Source: Bacteroidota bacterium | GTDB lineage: Bacteria > Bacteroidota > Ignavibacteria > Ignavibacteriales > Melioribacteraceae | DNA length: 64,000 nt | Assembly: GCA_021820065.1 (NCBI GenBank) | Contig: JAKAEE010000008.1 | Location: 12,488 to 76,487, forward strand | Reading direction: 5' to 3' | Part shown: one piece after another, positions 38,261 to 47,562 of the stretch | Layout: the number at the start of each line of letters is the position of its first letter | Position numbering within the stretch: position 1 is the stretch's first letter | The notes under the pieces: model-generated | The model's database searches: none | What the model saw: only the letters and a program-made list of their open reading frames with translations | What the model was told of the DNA's origin: nothing | Program-made: the position numbers and the translations under genes

Positions 38261-39040
38261 CTAATGTGACTTAATTAAATCTTTGGCTTTCTGTCCAATC
38301 TCGTTAGTTGAATCAATTTCAATTGCTTTCTGCAAATATTTGATAGCGATGGCTCTATTGCCGGCAGTCATATTTACAATCCCCAAATTCAGATTTCCTA
38401 TTTGATGTTTCGGTTGAATCTTTATTGCGCGTTCCATCGAATTAATTGCTTCCTGGTTTTTGCCGGTCTCGTAGTAACAAACTCCCATATCTACCCACAC
38501 GTCTGCATTCTTAGGATCCATTTTCAAGTATTTCTGGTATTCTTCTATGGCTCTGGTTTTCAATCCCGAATCGTTTAACAAATGAGCCAACTGCAATTCC
38601 AGCTCTTTGTTATTGGGATCATTTTTGACTTTCTCTTCTAGCGTATTAATTTGTTCTAAACTACTAAGATCAACACCGGAGTGCGGATTGTTGTTATTAT
38701 TGTTACTGAAGTCTTGAGTCTGGGTGACAACGGGCTGATCAAAAACTCCCGATGCGTACAAAATTAATCCACCGACAAGAATCAAAACAAAAAGTAAATA
38801 GAACAACTTAGTTTTGGAAACTTCTTTTGGTTTTGCCTCAACATCCTTTTGATTAGCGTTTTTTTGTTTTTTATTCTTCTCAGAAAATTTCGACTTAGCA
38901 CCGCTGTCTTTCTTCTTTTCAACTACATTTTCAATCTCATCTTGCTTATTTGTCGAAATCAATGGGGCGCCGCAACTTGCACAAAAAACCGCATTTGCTA
39001 AATTCATTTCCCCGCAAACATTGCACTTCACTTCGTTCAT
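38261..39040 (-). CDS. Zinc-ribbon / TM / TPR-repeat protein
   Basis: 259 aa. CNVCGEMN...CASCGAP zinc ribbon, one TM helix, and C-terminal TPR repeats (AIEEYQKYLKMDPKNADVWVDMGVCYYETGK...). Confidence 0.7.
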   Translation of the reverse strand: MNEVKCNVCGEMNLANAVFCASCGAPLISTNKQDEIENVVEKKKDSGAKSKFSEKNKKQKNANQKDVEAKPKEVSKTKLFYLLFVLILVGGLILYASGVFDQPVVTQTQDFSNNNNNNPHSGVDLSSLEQINTLEEKVKNDPNNKELELQLAHLLNDSGLKTRAIEEYQKYLKMDPKNADVWVDMGVCYYETGKNQEAINSMERAIKIQPKHQIGNLNLGIVNMTAGNRAIAIKYLQKAIEIDSTNEIGQKAKDLIKSH

Positions 39041-39061
39041 TCTGTTATCGTCTTTTCTTCT

Positions 39062-39364
39062 TTATTCACTAGAATTGTTTTCTTTCATACCTGAATCGAC
39101 AGCATCCTTGAAATCTTTTGAGAACTTAAATACAGGAACATAATGTTCGCCAACATAAACCTTCTCACCGGTTCTTGGGTTTCTAGCATAACGGGCCTTT
39201 TTCTTTTTAACACGATAGCTTCCAAATCCACGAATTTCGATGCCCCTGCCTTCTCGTAGCGCATGAATTACCGTTGTCAAGAATCCTTCAACAATAGCTT
39301 CGGTCTCCAGTTTAGTCAGTCCGGTTCCAATGGCTATTTTTTCGACTATGTCAGCCTTCGTCAT
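39062..39364 (-). CDS. HU/IHF-family DNA-binding protein
   Basis: 100 aa. MTKADIVEKIA...IRGFGSY...RNPRTGE arm motif. Confidence 0.9.
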   Translation of the reverse strand: MTKADIVEKIAIGTGLTKLETEAIVEGFLTTVIHALREGRGIEIRGFGSYRVKKKKARYARNPRTGEKVYVGEHYVPVFKFSKDFKDAVDSGMKENNSSE

Positions 39365-39615
39365 CCTAACCTCAAATATTTAAGTAAGTTACAGAATTTA
39401 GCGGGGCTAAAGTTATTAAAAACTATAATAAAAACAAAAAAAACAGCGTATTAACATTTCAAAAAGTCAAACCGGTCTCATCTTTCTTTGCTGTCTCACT
39501 TTCATACAAATCGGGCCGGAATGTAAAACGAAAAAGTTGCAATTCAAGAAAAATTACGTGTTTTGGTGTGGTATAATGTTTGTTTTCATAAAGCCATGAA
39601 ATCAAAGGAATTGAA

Positions 39616-40182
39616 ATGACACTCGTACCAATCATCTATACAAGTTTAATCATCTTTTCAGTACTGCTTTTTTCTGTGATCATAATTTCATACTTGTCTT
39701 TCAAGATTAGATCAAGGAACAGAAAAAATTTACCTTCCGAAAGAATCGCATTGACAAATAGCATGAACATTTCAAGACCTATTGCTTTGAGCGTTCCTAA
39801 ATTGAATGTGAATCCGCCGCCAGCACATTCTCACTACAACAATAAACCTAAATACAACGACCAAGTAATTATGAACGAGAGAAAGGTCAGAAAAAATAGT
39901 CTTTCTTACACCCAATCGACCAATCGAAAAGATTCCTTCAACAAGAATGAAGAAAGCCGACCGCACAGACATAATGAAAGGACCAGTTTAAGAGCAACCC
40001 GTCTTGAAATAATGAATGAGTCTAATTCGTTTAGAAAAACATCGGAGTTGCATAGCGAGTCAAATCATCAGAGCTACGACCGAGACAAAATGGTTGAAGC
40101 CAATCTATTCAGTTATTATGACAATGACACTGAATCGGATTTTGTTTTGATGGATACAACTCTTCTTCGTCAGGCACAGTAA
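39616..40182 (+). CDS. Single-TM protein with a long low-complexity basic/His-containing tail (paralogue 1)
   Basis: 188 aa. The MTLVPIIYTSLIIFSVLLFSVIIISYLSF anchor is homologous to the N-terminus of the next ORF. Confidence 0.55.
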   Translation: MTLVPIIYTSLIIFSVLLFSVIIISYLSFKIRSRNRKNLPSERIALTNSMNISRPIALSVPKLNVNPPPAHSHYNNKPKYNDQVIMNERKVRKNSLSYTQSTNRKDSFNKNEESRPHRHNERTSLRATRLEIMNESNSFRKTSELHSESNHQSYDRDKMVEANLFSYYDNDTESDFVLMDTTLLRQAQ

Positions 40183-40248
40183 TCTAATTTCAACCGAAAC
40201 AAGTTTACGCATCATTGTTGAGAAGGTGATTATTTCCTATTTTAAATT

Positions 40249-40779
40249 ATGGAATTAGTACCGCTCATATATACAATTCTAAAGGTTGTGGCAGTTCTAG
40301 CAATTGCGACACTAATCATATCATATATTTCTTTCCGCAATAAACTCAAGAATGGAACTCTGGATCAACCTGCTTCAAATAACGAACAAAGAAATATATC
40401 ACCAGTTGTCGTTCCGTCAATTAGGAAAGTTCTAAACAACGACGAGCTTTTATCCGAACCGGTAATGAAAAAAGTTGTTGCGGAAGAAAGTCCTAGACCA
40501 AAAGAACATCTTAGAAAAGAATCATCAAAAGAGAAATCAACTTCTAGGAAAACCAAGACCGGAAAAACCAGTCATTCAAAAAGATTGCAGATAATCAAAG
40601 AACTTCAGCCGATTAAGAACAAAGAAACCGAATCAAAAGAAGAATTGCAACCTACACAAAAAACAGGTGAATCATTAAAGTCGCTCGATGAGGATATCAT
40701 CAGCAAATATGATGAACAAGATGAAAATGGTTTTCATGTTTTAAGTGTAAATGATCGAAAGGATAAACACACCAAGTGA
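40249..40779 (+). CDS. Single-TM protein with a long low-complexity basic tail (paralogue 2)
   Basis: 176 aa with a MELVPLIYTILKVVAVLAIATLIISYISF anchor. Its stop overlaps the GTG start of the AraC-HMA regulator (GTGA). Confidence 0.55.
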   Translation: MELVPLIYTILKVVAVLAIATLIISYISFRNKLKNGTLDQPASNNEQRNISPVVVPSIRKVLNNDELLSEPVMKKVVAEESPRPKEHLRKESSKEKSTSRKTKTGKTSHSKRLQIIKELQPIKNKETESKEELQPTQKTGESLKSLDEDIISKYDEQDENGFHVLSVNDRKDKHTK

Positions 40780-41378
40780 ACCGTCTTGAAACCACCAGGA
40801 ATACCGGAAATATTTTTTACATAAAGAATATGGTATGCAACCGATGCATTAAAGTTGTTAAAGATGAGTTAACCAAATTAAAAGTAAACGTGCGAAATAT
40901 TTCTTTGGGTGAAGTGGAAACTGCCCTGCCATTAAGCAAACTGCCTCTTAAGGCAATCAAAGAAGCGTTGGAAAAAAACGGCTTCGAGTTGATTGAAGAC
41001 AAGAAAGTAAAAGTGATAGAGAAAATTAAGAGCTTTATCATCAAAACGATTTATGAAAAAGAAACTCTTCTTAGCGAAAACGTTAAGTTTTCAACTTTGC
41101 TCGAAAAAGAACTTGGATTAGAGTATCACTACCTAAGCAATTTATTTTCTTCACAGGAAAGTATCACAATAGAGCAATATATTATTCTTCAAAAAATTGA
41201 ACGCGCTAAAGAGCTGCTTAAATACGGTGAGCTAACATTAAGCGAGATTGCATATAAACTTGGTTACAGCAGTGTGCAGCATTTATCCAATCAATTTCAC
41301 AAAGTGACTGGATTTTCGGCTAGTCAATTCAAGAACCTTACAAATAACATGCGTAAATCTCTCGACAAAGTCGGCTAA
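40776..41378 (+). CDS. AraC-family regulator with an N-terminal HMA-like metal-binding domain
   Basis: 200 aa. NMVCNRC (MxCxxC-like) in a ferredoxin-like N-domain; C-terminal AraC HTH (LSEIAYKLGYSSVQHLSNQFHKVTGFSASQF). GTG start. Confidence 0.75.
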   Translation: MNRLETTRNTGNIFYIKNMVCNRCIKVVKDELTKLKVNVRNISLGEVETALPLSKLPLKAIKEALEKNGFELIEDKKVKVIEKIKSFIIKTIYEKETLLSENVKFSTLLEKELGLEYHYLSNLFSSQESITIEQYIILQKIERAKELLKYGELTLSEIAYKLGYSSVQHLSNQFHKVTGFSASQFKNLTNNMRKSLDKVG

Positions 41379-41400
41379 CTTATTCCCTTTCCATTCTGCA

Positions 41401-41435
41401 TCATAAAATTGTGTAACATTATTTCATGAAATTGT
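41401..41435 (+). promoter_or_regulatory. Direct repeat TCAT[A/G]AAATTGT x2 upstream of copZ (candidate AraC-type operator)
   Basis: 12-mers at 41401-41412 and 41424-41435, 11/12 identical, 23-nt spacing, 57-92 nt upstream of the copZ ATG. Confidence 0.4.
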
Positions 41436-41492
41436 AACGCACTTTAAGATTTGCATATTTAATTTTGATTAACAAATAAACATGGAGAAGTT

Positions 41493-41711
41493 ATGACGGC
41501 TAAGAATTATAAAATAAAAGGCATGACTTGCATGCACTGTGTGATGGCTGTAAAGAAAGAATTATCAAAAGTTGGGTTAGAATCTTTTGAAGTTGAAATC
41601 GGATCGGCAAAAGTAAAGTACGACGAATCGAAGGTAGATTCTAAAATGGTTGACAGCGCAATTATTGAAGCAGGCTACCAAATTGAAGAAGTGAGCGATG
41701 AAAAGTTATAA
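41493..41711 (+). CDS. copZ: Copper chaperone (HMA domain)
   Basis: 72 aa with a GMTCMHCVMAVKKEL motif. Overlaps copA by 14 nt. Confidence 0.9.
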   Translation: MTAKNYKIKGMTCMHCVMAVKKELSKVGLESFEVEIGSAKVKYDESKVDSKMVDSAIIEAGYQIEEVSDEKL

Positions 41712-43929
41712 TATTCCAGTAGAGGGAATGACATGCGCTAGCTGTGTAAGACGGGTCGAAAAAGTCATAAGCAAATTTGAAGGAGTTAAAAACGTCAGCG
41801 TGAATCTTGCAACTGAGCACGTAACGTTCGAGACCGATAACGATTTCACCGAACTTGATGCAATAGCAAATGCAGTTCAAGATTACGGTTACAAGTTGGA
41901 TATTGATGCAATCGCAAATCAGAAATCTGAAAAAACCGGAATTGATTCAACCGATAATCAAAAAGATGAATACTTCGATTTGCTGAAAAAGGATTTCGTT
42001 CTTGCTGTTGTGTTTACAGTGCCGATTTTTTTGGTAAGCATGCTTTACGAATTCGATTTCTTCAAAAATTTCTGGCCGTTTACAGCAGACTACACTCACA
42101 AGATTCTGCTGATACTTACAACGCCGATTGTTTTTATCAGCGGTAAAAGATTCTACAAAGTATTTTGGACAAACTTAAAACATTTTTCTGCCGAGATGAA
42201 TTCGTTGGTTGCAATAGGAACCGGCGCCGCTTATGTATACAGCACACTAGCGACTCTTTTCCCCGATTCAATTTCAATACATGGCGAACTTCCACATGTG
42301 TACTTCGAAACAGTCGGTGTGATAATAACTTTGATTCTGATGGGCAAATTGCTAGAGCACCAGGCGAAACGAAAAACCAATTCGGCAATAAAAAAATTGA
42401 TGGAGCTCAAACCGAAAACAGCTAGGGTGTTAATCAACAATGCGGAAAAAGAAATCAGCATTTCGGAATTGAGAAAAGATCTCGTCGTTGTAATTAAGCC
42501 GGGCGAAAAAATTCCGGCTGATGGAATAATCGTTTGGGGAAATTCTGCTGTTGATGAATCGATGATCACAGGTGAAAGCATACCGGTTGAAAAAGCTGTC
42601 GGTTCAAAAATCATCGGCGGCACTATTAATAAGAACGGCACTTTTAATTTCAAAGTAACTGAAGTCGGAGATAATTCCATACTCGGACAAATAATTCGAC
42701 TGGTCGAACAAGCGCAGGCAACCAAACCGCCGATTCAAAAACTCGTCGATAAAATTGCCGGGATATTCGTCCCTGTGGTGATTGGAATCGCGTTCATTAC
42801 ATTTATCGTATGGTTATTCGTTGGGCAGCAAAACGTATTCACCACAGCGTTAATTAATTTTGTCGCCGTATTAATTATCGCGTGTCCGTGCGCGCTTGGT
42901 CTTGCAACGCCGACAGCAATAATTGTAGGAACCGGACTTGGCGCTTCGAATGGAATTTTAATTCGCAATGGAGAAAGCTTAGAACTCGCACAAAAAATCT
43001 CCACAGTCATTTTCGATAAAACCGGAACGATCACCGAAGGCAAACCCGATGTTTCTGATATCAGAACAAATAATATTGCGGAAGATGATCTAATCCAATT
43101 GGCTGCTTCGCTGGAATCAAAATCGGAACATCCGCTTGCCTCGGCAATTTTAGAAAAAGCAAAATCAAAAAATATTTCTTTGATGCAGCCGGATTCGTTT
43201 CAAAGCTTGAGCGGCTTCGGACTTACAGGCATTGTCAATAGTAAAACAGTAGTGATCGGCAGATTTGATTTGATGAAAGAATATTCGATTAAAACCGACT
43301 CAATGGAAAAATTATTTAGAGAGTTAACGAACAACGGCAGCACCGTTATCTGCATTGGTGTTGAGGGCAATTTAGTTGGTCTTTTCGCCATCGAAGACAA
43401 ATTAAAGAATACTTCAACCGATGCGGTCCAAGAATTGAATCGACTCGGAATAAAAACCGTTATGCTGACTGGTGACAATTCTAAGATCGCGGAAATTATT
43501 GCGCAGAAGATCGGTATAACGGAATTCAAGTCGGAAGTTTTGCCGGATGAAAAAGCAAACGTAGTAAAAGAGTATCAATCAAAAGGAAACGTTGTTGCAA
43601 TGGTTGGGGACGGAATAAACGATTCACCGGCGCTTGCACAAGCCGACGTTGGTATTGCAATTGGAACAGGTACCGATGTTGCAATTGAAACTGCTCAAAT
43701 AACTTTAGTGCAAGGAAATTTACGTTCGGTTGCAAAAGCCGTGAACCTTTCAAAGCACACAATAAAAACCATCAAACAAAATTTATTCTGGGCATTTATT
43801 TATAACACAATCGGAATTCCGCTTGCAGCACTTGGAATGCTGAATCCTATGATTGGCGCGCTGGCTATGTCGCTCAGTTCGGTTTCGGTTGTAACCAATT
43901 CCTTACGGTTGAAGAGAGCAAAAATTTGA
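41698..43929 (+). CDS. copA: Copper-translocating P1B-type ATPase
   Basis: 743 aa. N-terminal GMTCASC HMA domain, CPC in TM6 (IACPCALGLATP), DKTGTIT, and a GDGINDSPAL hinge. Confidence 0.95.
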   Translation: MKSYNIPVEGMTCASCVRRVEKVISKFEGVKNVSVNLATEHVTFETDNDFTELDAIANAVQDYGYKLDIDAIANQKSEKTGIDSTDNQKDEYFDLLKKDFVLAVVFTVPIFLVSMLYEFDFFKNFWPFTADYTHKILLILTTPIVFISGKRFYKVFWTNLKHFSAEMNSLVAIGTGAAYVYSTLATLFPDSISIHGELPHVYFETVGVIITLILMGKLLEHQAKRKTNSAIKKLMELKPKTARVLINNAEKEISISELRKDLVVVIKPGEKIPADGIIVWGNSAVDESMITGESIPVEKAVGSKIIGGTINKNGTFNFKVTEVGDNSILGQIIRLVEQAQATKPPIQKLVDKIAGIFVPVVIGIAFITFIVWLFVGQQNVFTTALINFVAVLIIACPCALGLATPTAIIVGTGLGASNGILIRNGESLELAQKISTVIFDKTGTITEGKPDVSDIRTNNIAEDDLIQLAASLESKSEHPLASAILEKAKSKNISLMQPDSFQSLSGFGLTGIVNSKTVVIGRFDLMKEYSIKTDSMEKLFRELTNNGSTVICIGVEGNLVGLFAIEDKLKNTSTDAVQELNRLGIKTVMLTGDNSKIAEIIAQKIGITEFKSEVLPDEKANVVKEYQSKGNVVAMVGDGINDSPALAQADVGIAIGTGTDVAIETAQITLVQGNLRSVAKAVNLSKHTIKTIKQNLFWAFIYNTIGIPLAALGMLNPMIGALAMSLSSVSVVTNSLRLKRAKI

Positions 43930-43937
43930 CGGACCAT

Positions 43938-43960
43938 GCCGAGAAAATTATTTTCTCGGC
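43938..43960. terminator. Bidirectional hairpin between convergent copA and the GMP-reductase-like gene
   Basis: gccgagaaaa-tta-ttttctcggc, a perfect 10-bp stem. It overlaps the last codons of the minus-strand gene. Confidence 0.55.
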
Positions 43961-44988
43961 AGCCGCTCCAAATAAGAACTAGTGCTCAACACTGCAAACT
44001 TATCTTTTTGTTTTAGTTCGCCAAGTGATTCACAATTCAAGTAACTCATTGCACTTTTCAATCCGTCGCTAATCGCGTTGATAACACTTTTAACCGCGCC
44101 TTTATAAGGCACCATCGTTTCTTCCCCTTCGATAAACTCACCTTTCATTTTTACACCGAACGATGCGGAACCGCGATATTTTTTCCAAAGTTGATCGGCA
44201 TATTTTATTACTTCGCCCGGAGTTTCTTTTGTTCCGGCTAACATTCTTCCAAGCATCACTGCATCAGCGCCGGCGGAAAGCGCTTTCGTTACATCTCCTG
44301 CACTTTTAATTCCGCCGTCTGCAATCAATTCGATTTTCAGTTTCTGATCTTCACGTGTGAAGTAACAATCTATTAAAGAAGAGACTTGCCCGATTCCAAT
44401 TCCGGTTTGGATTGAAGTTGTGCAAACGCTTCCGCCGCCTATTCCGATTCGCACTGCATCTGCACCGGCATCAACAAGTCGTTTCAATGTTCCGCCGTGC
44501 GCAATATTTCCAACAATCACTTTCACCTTGTATTTCTTTTTGATCTCTTCGCATTTGTTCAGCACATGTGCATTGTTCGCATTAGCCGTGTCAATACAAA
44601 CGATCAAATTGTTCGAAGCAATTTTTTCCAGCAACAAATCGTCAGCAGTTAAACTCACTGAAACTGCCTGAACACCTTCCACAACATTTCCGTTTGAAAA
44701 AAGTTCGGTCAGCGATGAATCGAACCTGTTCACAATTCCAAGACAACCCGAGTTGGACAATTCTTTTGCCATCGCAATCCCGGTAACGGTATCCATCGGA
44801 CTGGATACGACAGGAACGGCAAGATCGATTCCAAGAAATTTGGATTTGATATTAACTTCGCTTCTCGTTTTAACTCGCGAAATTTCTGTCGGTATCAGAC
44901 TGACATCGTCATAAGTCAATGATAAAGAGTATTCGTTTAACTCACGTTTGGAAAAGATTCTCATTTCAATCTCCGTTTTTAACAGCAT
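43948..44988 (-). CDS. guaC: IMPDH/GMPR-family oxidoreductase without a CBS insert (GMP reductase-like)
   Basis: 346 aa. [20 protein letters not shown] catalytic loop and [25 protein letters not shown]. The true start may be the internal MRIFSK at 44964. Confidence 0.75.
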   Translation of the reverse strand: MLLKTEIEMRIFSKRELNEYSLSLTYDDVSLIPTEISRVKTRSEVNIKSKFLGIDLAVPVVSSPMDTVTGIAMAKELSNSGCLGIVNRFDSSLTELFSNGNVVEGVQAVSVSLTADDLLLEKIASNNLIVCIDTANANNAHVLNKCEEIKKKYKVKVIVGNIAHGGTLKRLVDAGADAVRIGIGGGSVCTTSIQTGIGIGQVSSLIDCYFTREDQKLKIELIADGGIKSAGDVTKALSAGADAVMLGRMLAGTKETPGEVIKYADQLWKKYRGSASFGVKMKGEFIEGEETMVPYKGAVKSVINAISDGLKSAMSYLNCESLGELKQKDKFAVLSTSSYLERLPRK

Positions 44989-45149
44989 TAATAATGTGGT
45001 GCTGATTTTCCAACGAGGAATCTATATAATTTTTTTGTTCAAATCTTCGAATCGAAGAAAATTTCTTTTTATAAATTTTTGCTTCCCTTTTGAGGGCAAC
45101 TGAAAATGTTTTTTTCTAACTTGCGGCAAATTTAATCTTCGGAAAAATT

Positions 45150-46493
45150 ATGACTGAAACCACTCAACAAAAAATCGGCTGGAAATTCCCGAAAGAATTT
45201 TGGCTTGCAAATTTTATGGAACTCTGCGAACGAGCCGCTTACTATGGGTTCTTTATCGTTCTTACACTTTATTTAACTGACTTAGTCGGATTCACCGATA
45301 CAGAAACCGGCGTTGTTGCCGGAGTATTTTATGCCGGTCTTTATCTTCTTCCGCCGTTTGCCGGGGCTGTGTCAGATAAAATCGGTTTCAAAAACGGACT
45401 TATACTTGCTTTCGCGCTTCTTACAATCGGTTATGCTTTGCTTGGAATGTTTCATACAAAAATGCTGGTGCTGTTTTTCCTTTTCATTGTTCTCGTCGGC
45501 GGATCGTTTATCAAACCACTAATCACCGGAACGGTTGCCAAGACAACTAACGAAGACAATCGCGCGCGAGGTTATGCGTTGTTCTATTGGGTTGTTAACA
45601 TCGGCTCGTTCAGCGGCAAAACTCTTGTTCCGTATATTCGTCAAGGCGTAGGCGTTGAGTACGTTAATTTTTTCTCTGCTGGGATGTCTTTGCTTGCAAT
45701 GTTTTTTGCAATTTTTTTCTACAAACAATCGGACAGATCTTTTGAATCAAAAAAAATCTCAGATGTAATGCTTTCTCTCAAAAAAATTCTTTTCACACCG
45801 CGACTTTTATTTCTGATTCTCATCGTTTCCGGTTTTTGGATTATCCAGCAGCAGCTTTATGCAACAATGCCGAAGTATGTCATTCGTTTGCGAGGAGCCG
45901 AAGCGCGACCCGAATGGCTGGCAAATATTAACCCGGCGGTTGTTGTTCTTTTCGTTGTACTGGTAACCAACTTAATGAAAAAACGGAAAGCCATTACATC
46001 AATGTTCGTCGGTATGATTCTAATGCCGCTTTCGGCTTTTGCAATGTCGTTCAGTCAAACTCTCGAAAGTTTTGCCGGCTCAAATATATCCATCTTCGGT
46101 GTGCTGGCATTTCACCCGATAACACTCATGCTTATCATCGGCATTGCGATACAAGGTTTGGCGGAGTGTTTTATCTCGCCGAGATTTTTAGAATATTTTT
46201 CTTTTCAAGCGCCGAAAGGTGAAGAAGGTGTTTACCTTGGATTTAGTCACCTGCATTCTTTTATCAGCGCGCTTGTTGGATTTATTATGTCCGGATTTTT
46301 ACTTGACAAATATTGTCCGGATCCGAAAACACTTCCGGCTGGATTAACCGAAATTCAGAGAGCGGCATATTATACCGATGCGCATTTGATTTGGTATTAC
46401 TTTTTGGCGATAGGATTTGTAGCCGCTATTGCACTGTTCATTTTCAAGATAGTAACCGAGAGAATTGATAAACGGAACGCTGCACTCAAATAA
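45150..46493 (+). CDS. POT/PTR2-family (MFS) peptide transporter
   Basis: 447 aa, polytopic. ELCERAAYYGFFIVLTLYL corresponds to the ExxERFxYY POT signature. Confidence 0.75.
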   Translation: MTETTQQKIGWKFPKEFWLANFMELCERAAYYGFFIVLTLYLTDLVGFTDTETGVVAGVFYAGLYLLPPFAGAVSDKIGFKNGLILAFALLTIGYALLGMFHTKMLVLFFLFIVLVGGSFIKPLITGTVAKTTNEDNRARGYALFYWVVNIGSFSGKTLVPYIRQGVGVEYVNFFSAGMSLLAMFFAIFFYKQSDRSFESKKISDVMLSLKKILFTPRLLFLILIVSGFWIIQQQLYATMPKYVIRLRGAEARPEWLANINPAVVVLFVVLVTNLMKKRKAITSMFVGMILMPLSAFAMSFSQTLESFAGSNISIFGVLAFHPITLMLIIGIAIQGLAECFISPRFLEYFSFQAPKGEEGVYLGFSHLHSFISALVGFIMSGFLLDKYCPDPKTLPAGLTEIQRAAYYTDAHLIWYYFLAIGFVAAIALFIFKIVTERIDKRNAALK

Positions 46494-46494
46494 G

Positions 46495-47562
46495 TTAATC
46501 TTTCAATGTTGCATCCAGCGAATCGGAAATAACAATTTCTTTATGATACGGGAACGAGTGGTTCCCGTTTTTATTTGCGGCAATCACGCGCATTGGAAAA
46601 ACGCCTTTAACTATCGGAGTGATTTCTACTGAAACAATATTGTTCGTTTTATCGAAACGAAAATCTTTTTCTTCATTGTTAAAAAAGATCTGAATTGTTT
46701 TCGGATTGATTCCGATTGAATCACGAAGACTAAACGCAGCGTGCAGTGTGTCGTTTTGAATCCTCAAACTGTCGGGAAGAAAAATAATTTCCGGTCTGCC
46801 CGCTCTAAAATATTTTGCCAATCCTCGAAAAATTCCCCATGCTTGAATTTCGTTGAACTCTTCGTTGTTAAGCCGCAGCTCTTCCCAATGACTGGTATGA
46901 AAAGCGCATTCGATAAGCACCGCCGGAATGTTTGTTTTTCTAAGAACGGAAAATCCTTCGCCTGGATAAATATTATAATCGGAATAAGTGCCGTCGAACG
47001 AGCCGAGCCCGCCGGAGTTTCTCATTACATACGCAAGATCGCGTTCGATGAATTTTGCAATGTCGTGATTACACGGTTCGTATTCGTAGTTCACATCTTT
47101 CGCGTGATAATAAGCCGCAGTATAGTCTGTGTAATCGTCTTCCGTTTTGCCGGGCGCGTTATGATGAATGCTTATAAAAATTTCTGCGCCGCTTTTGTTT
47201 GCTAATTCGGAACGATCTGCAAGCGGAACGGTTTTATCAACGTCGCGCGAAATGAAAACTTTTGCACCGGCTTCTTCAAGATACTTTTTTAGATTCAGCG
47301 CAACGCGAAGGTTTACATCGGCTTCAATAATCTTTCCGTCTCGGCTTTTATTTTTTCTGTCTTCGCCGCCATGACCGGGATCTAAAAATATTTTTCTTCC
47401 AGTTAGATACTTCGAATATTCCTTGATTGCATTTTTGCGATCAGCCGGATTTTTCCAATCGGTCGGATATTCATAAAGCGGAATAACCGGCGCCGTTGAG
47501 CACGAAACCAGCACTAGCAGAAAAACGAGCGAAAGTAAATTCAAGAAAAATTTTTTATGCAT
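46495..47562 (-). CDS. N-acetylmuramoyl-L-alanine amidase (Amidase_3) lipoprotein
   Basis: Start placed at MHKKFF...LVSCS (lipobox). IFLDPGHGGED, EADVNLRVAL and SIHHNA zinc-amidase motifs. Overlaps the end of the helicase gene. Confidence 0.85.
   Translation of the reverse strand: MHKKFFLNLLSLVFLLVLVSCSTAPVIPLYEYPTDWKNPADRKNAIKEYSKYLTGRKIFLDPGHGGEDRKNKSRDGKIIEADVNLRVALNLKKYLEEAGAKVFISRDVDKTVPLADRSELANKSGAEIFISIHHNAPGKTEDDYTDYTAAYYHAKDVNYEYEPCNHDIAKFIERDLAYVMRNSGGLGSFDGTYSDYNIYPGEGFSVLRKTNIPAVLIECAFHTSHWEELRLNNEEFNEIQAWGIFRGLAKYFRAGRPEIIFLPDSLRIQNDTLHAAFSLRDSIGINPKTIQIFFNNEEKDFRFDKTNNIVSVEITPIVKGVFPMRVIAANKNGNHSFPYHKEIVISDSLDATLKD

Noticed and set aside
37886-38269. Track ORFs 37886..38104 (-) and 38084..38269 (+).
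   Set aside because: Both run through tRNA-Thr or antisense to the micro-ORF, and their composition is not protein-like. They are better explained by the tRNA and the 31-codon gene.
41662-43762. Antisense ORFs within copZ/copA (e.g. 42231..42725, 42735..43043, 43200..43529).
   Set aside because: They lie opposite a full-length P-type ATPase that has all its signature motifs. No independent support.
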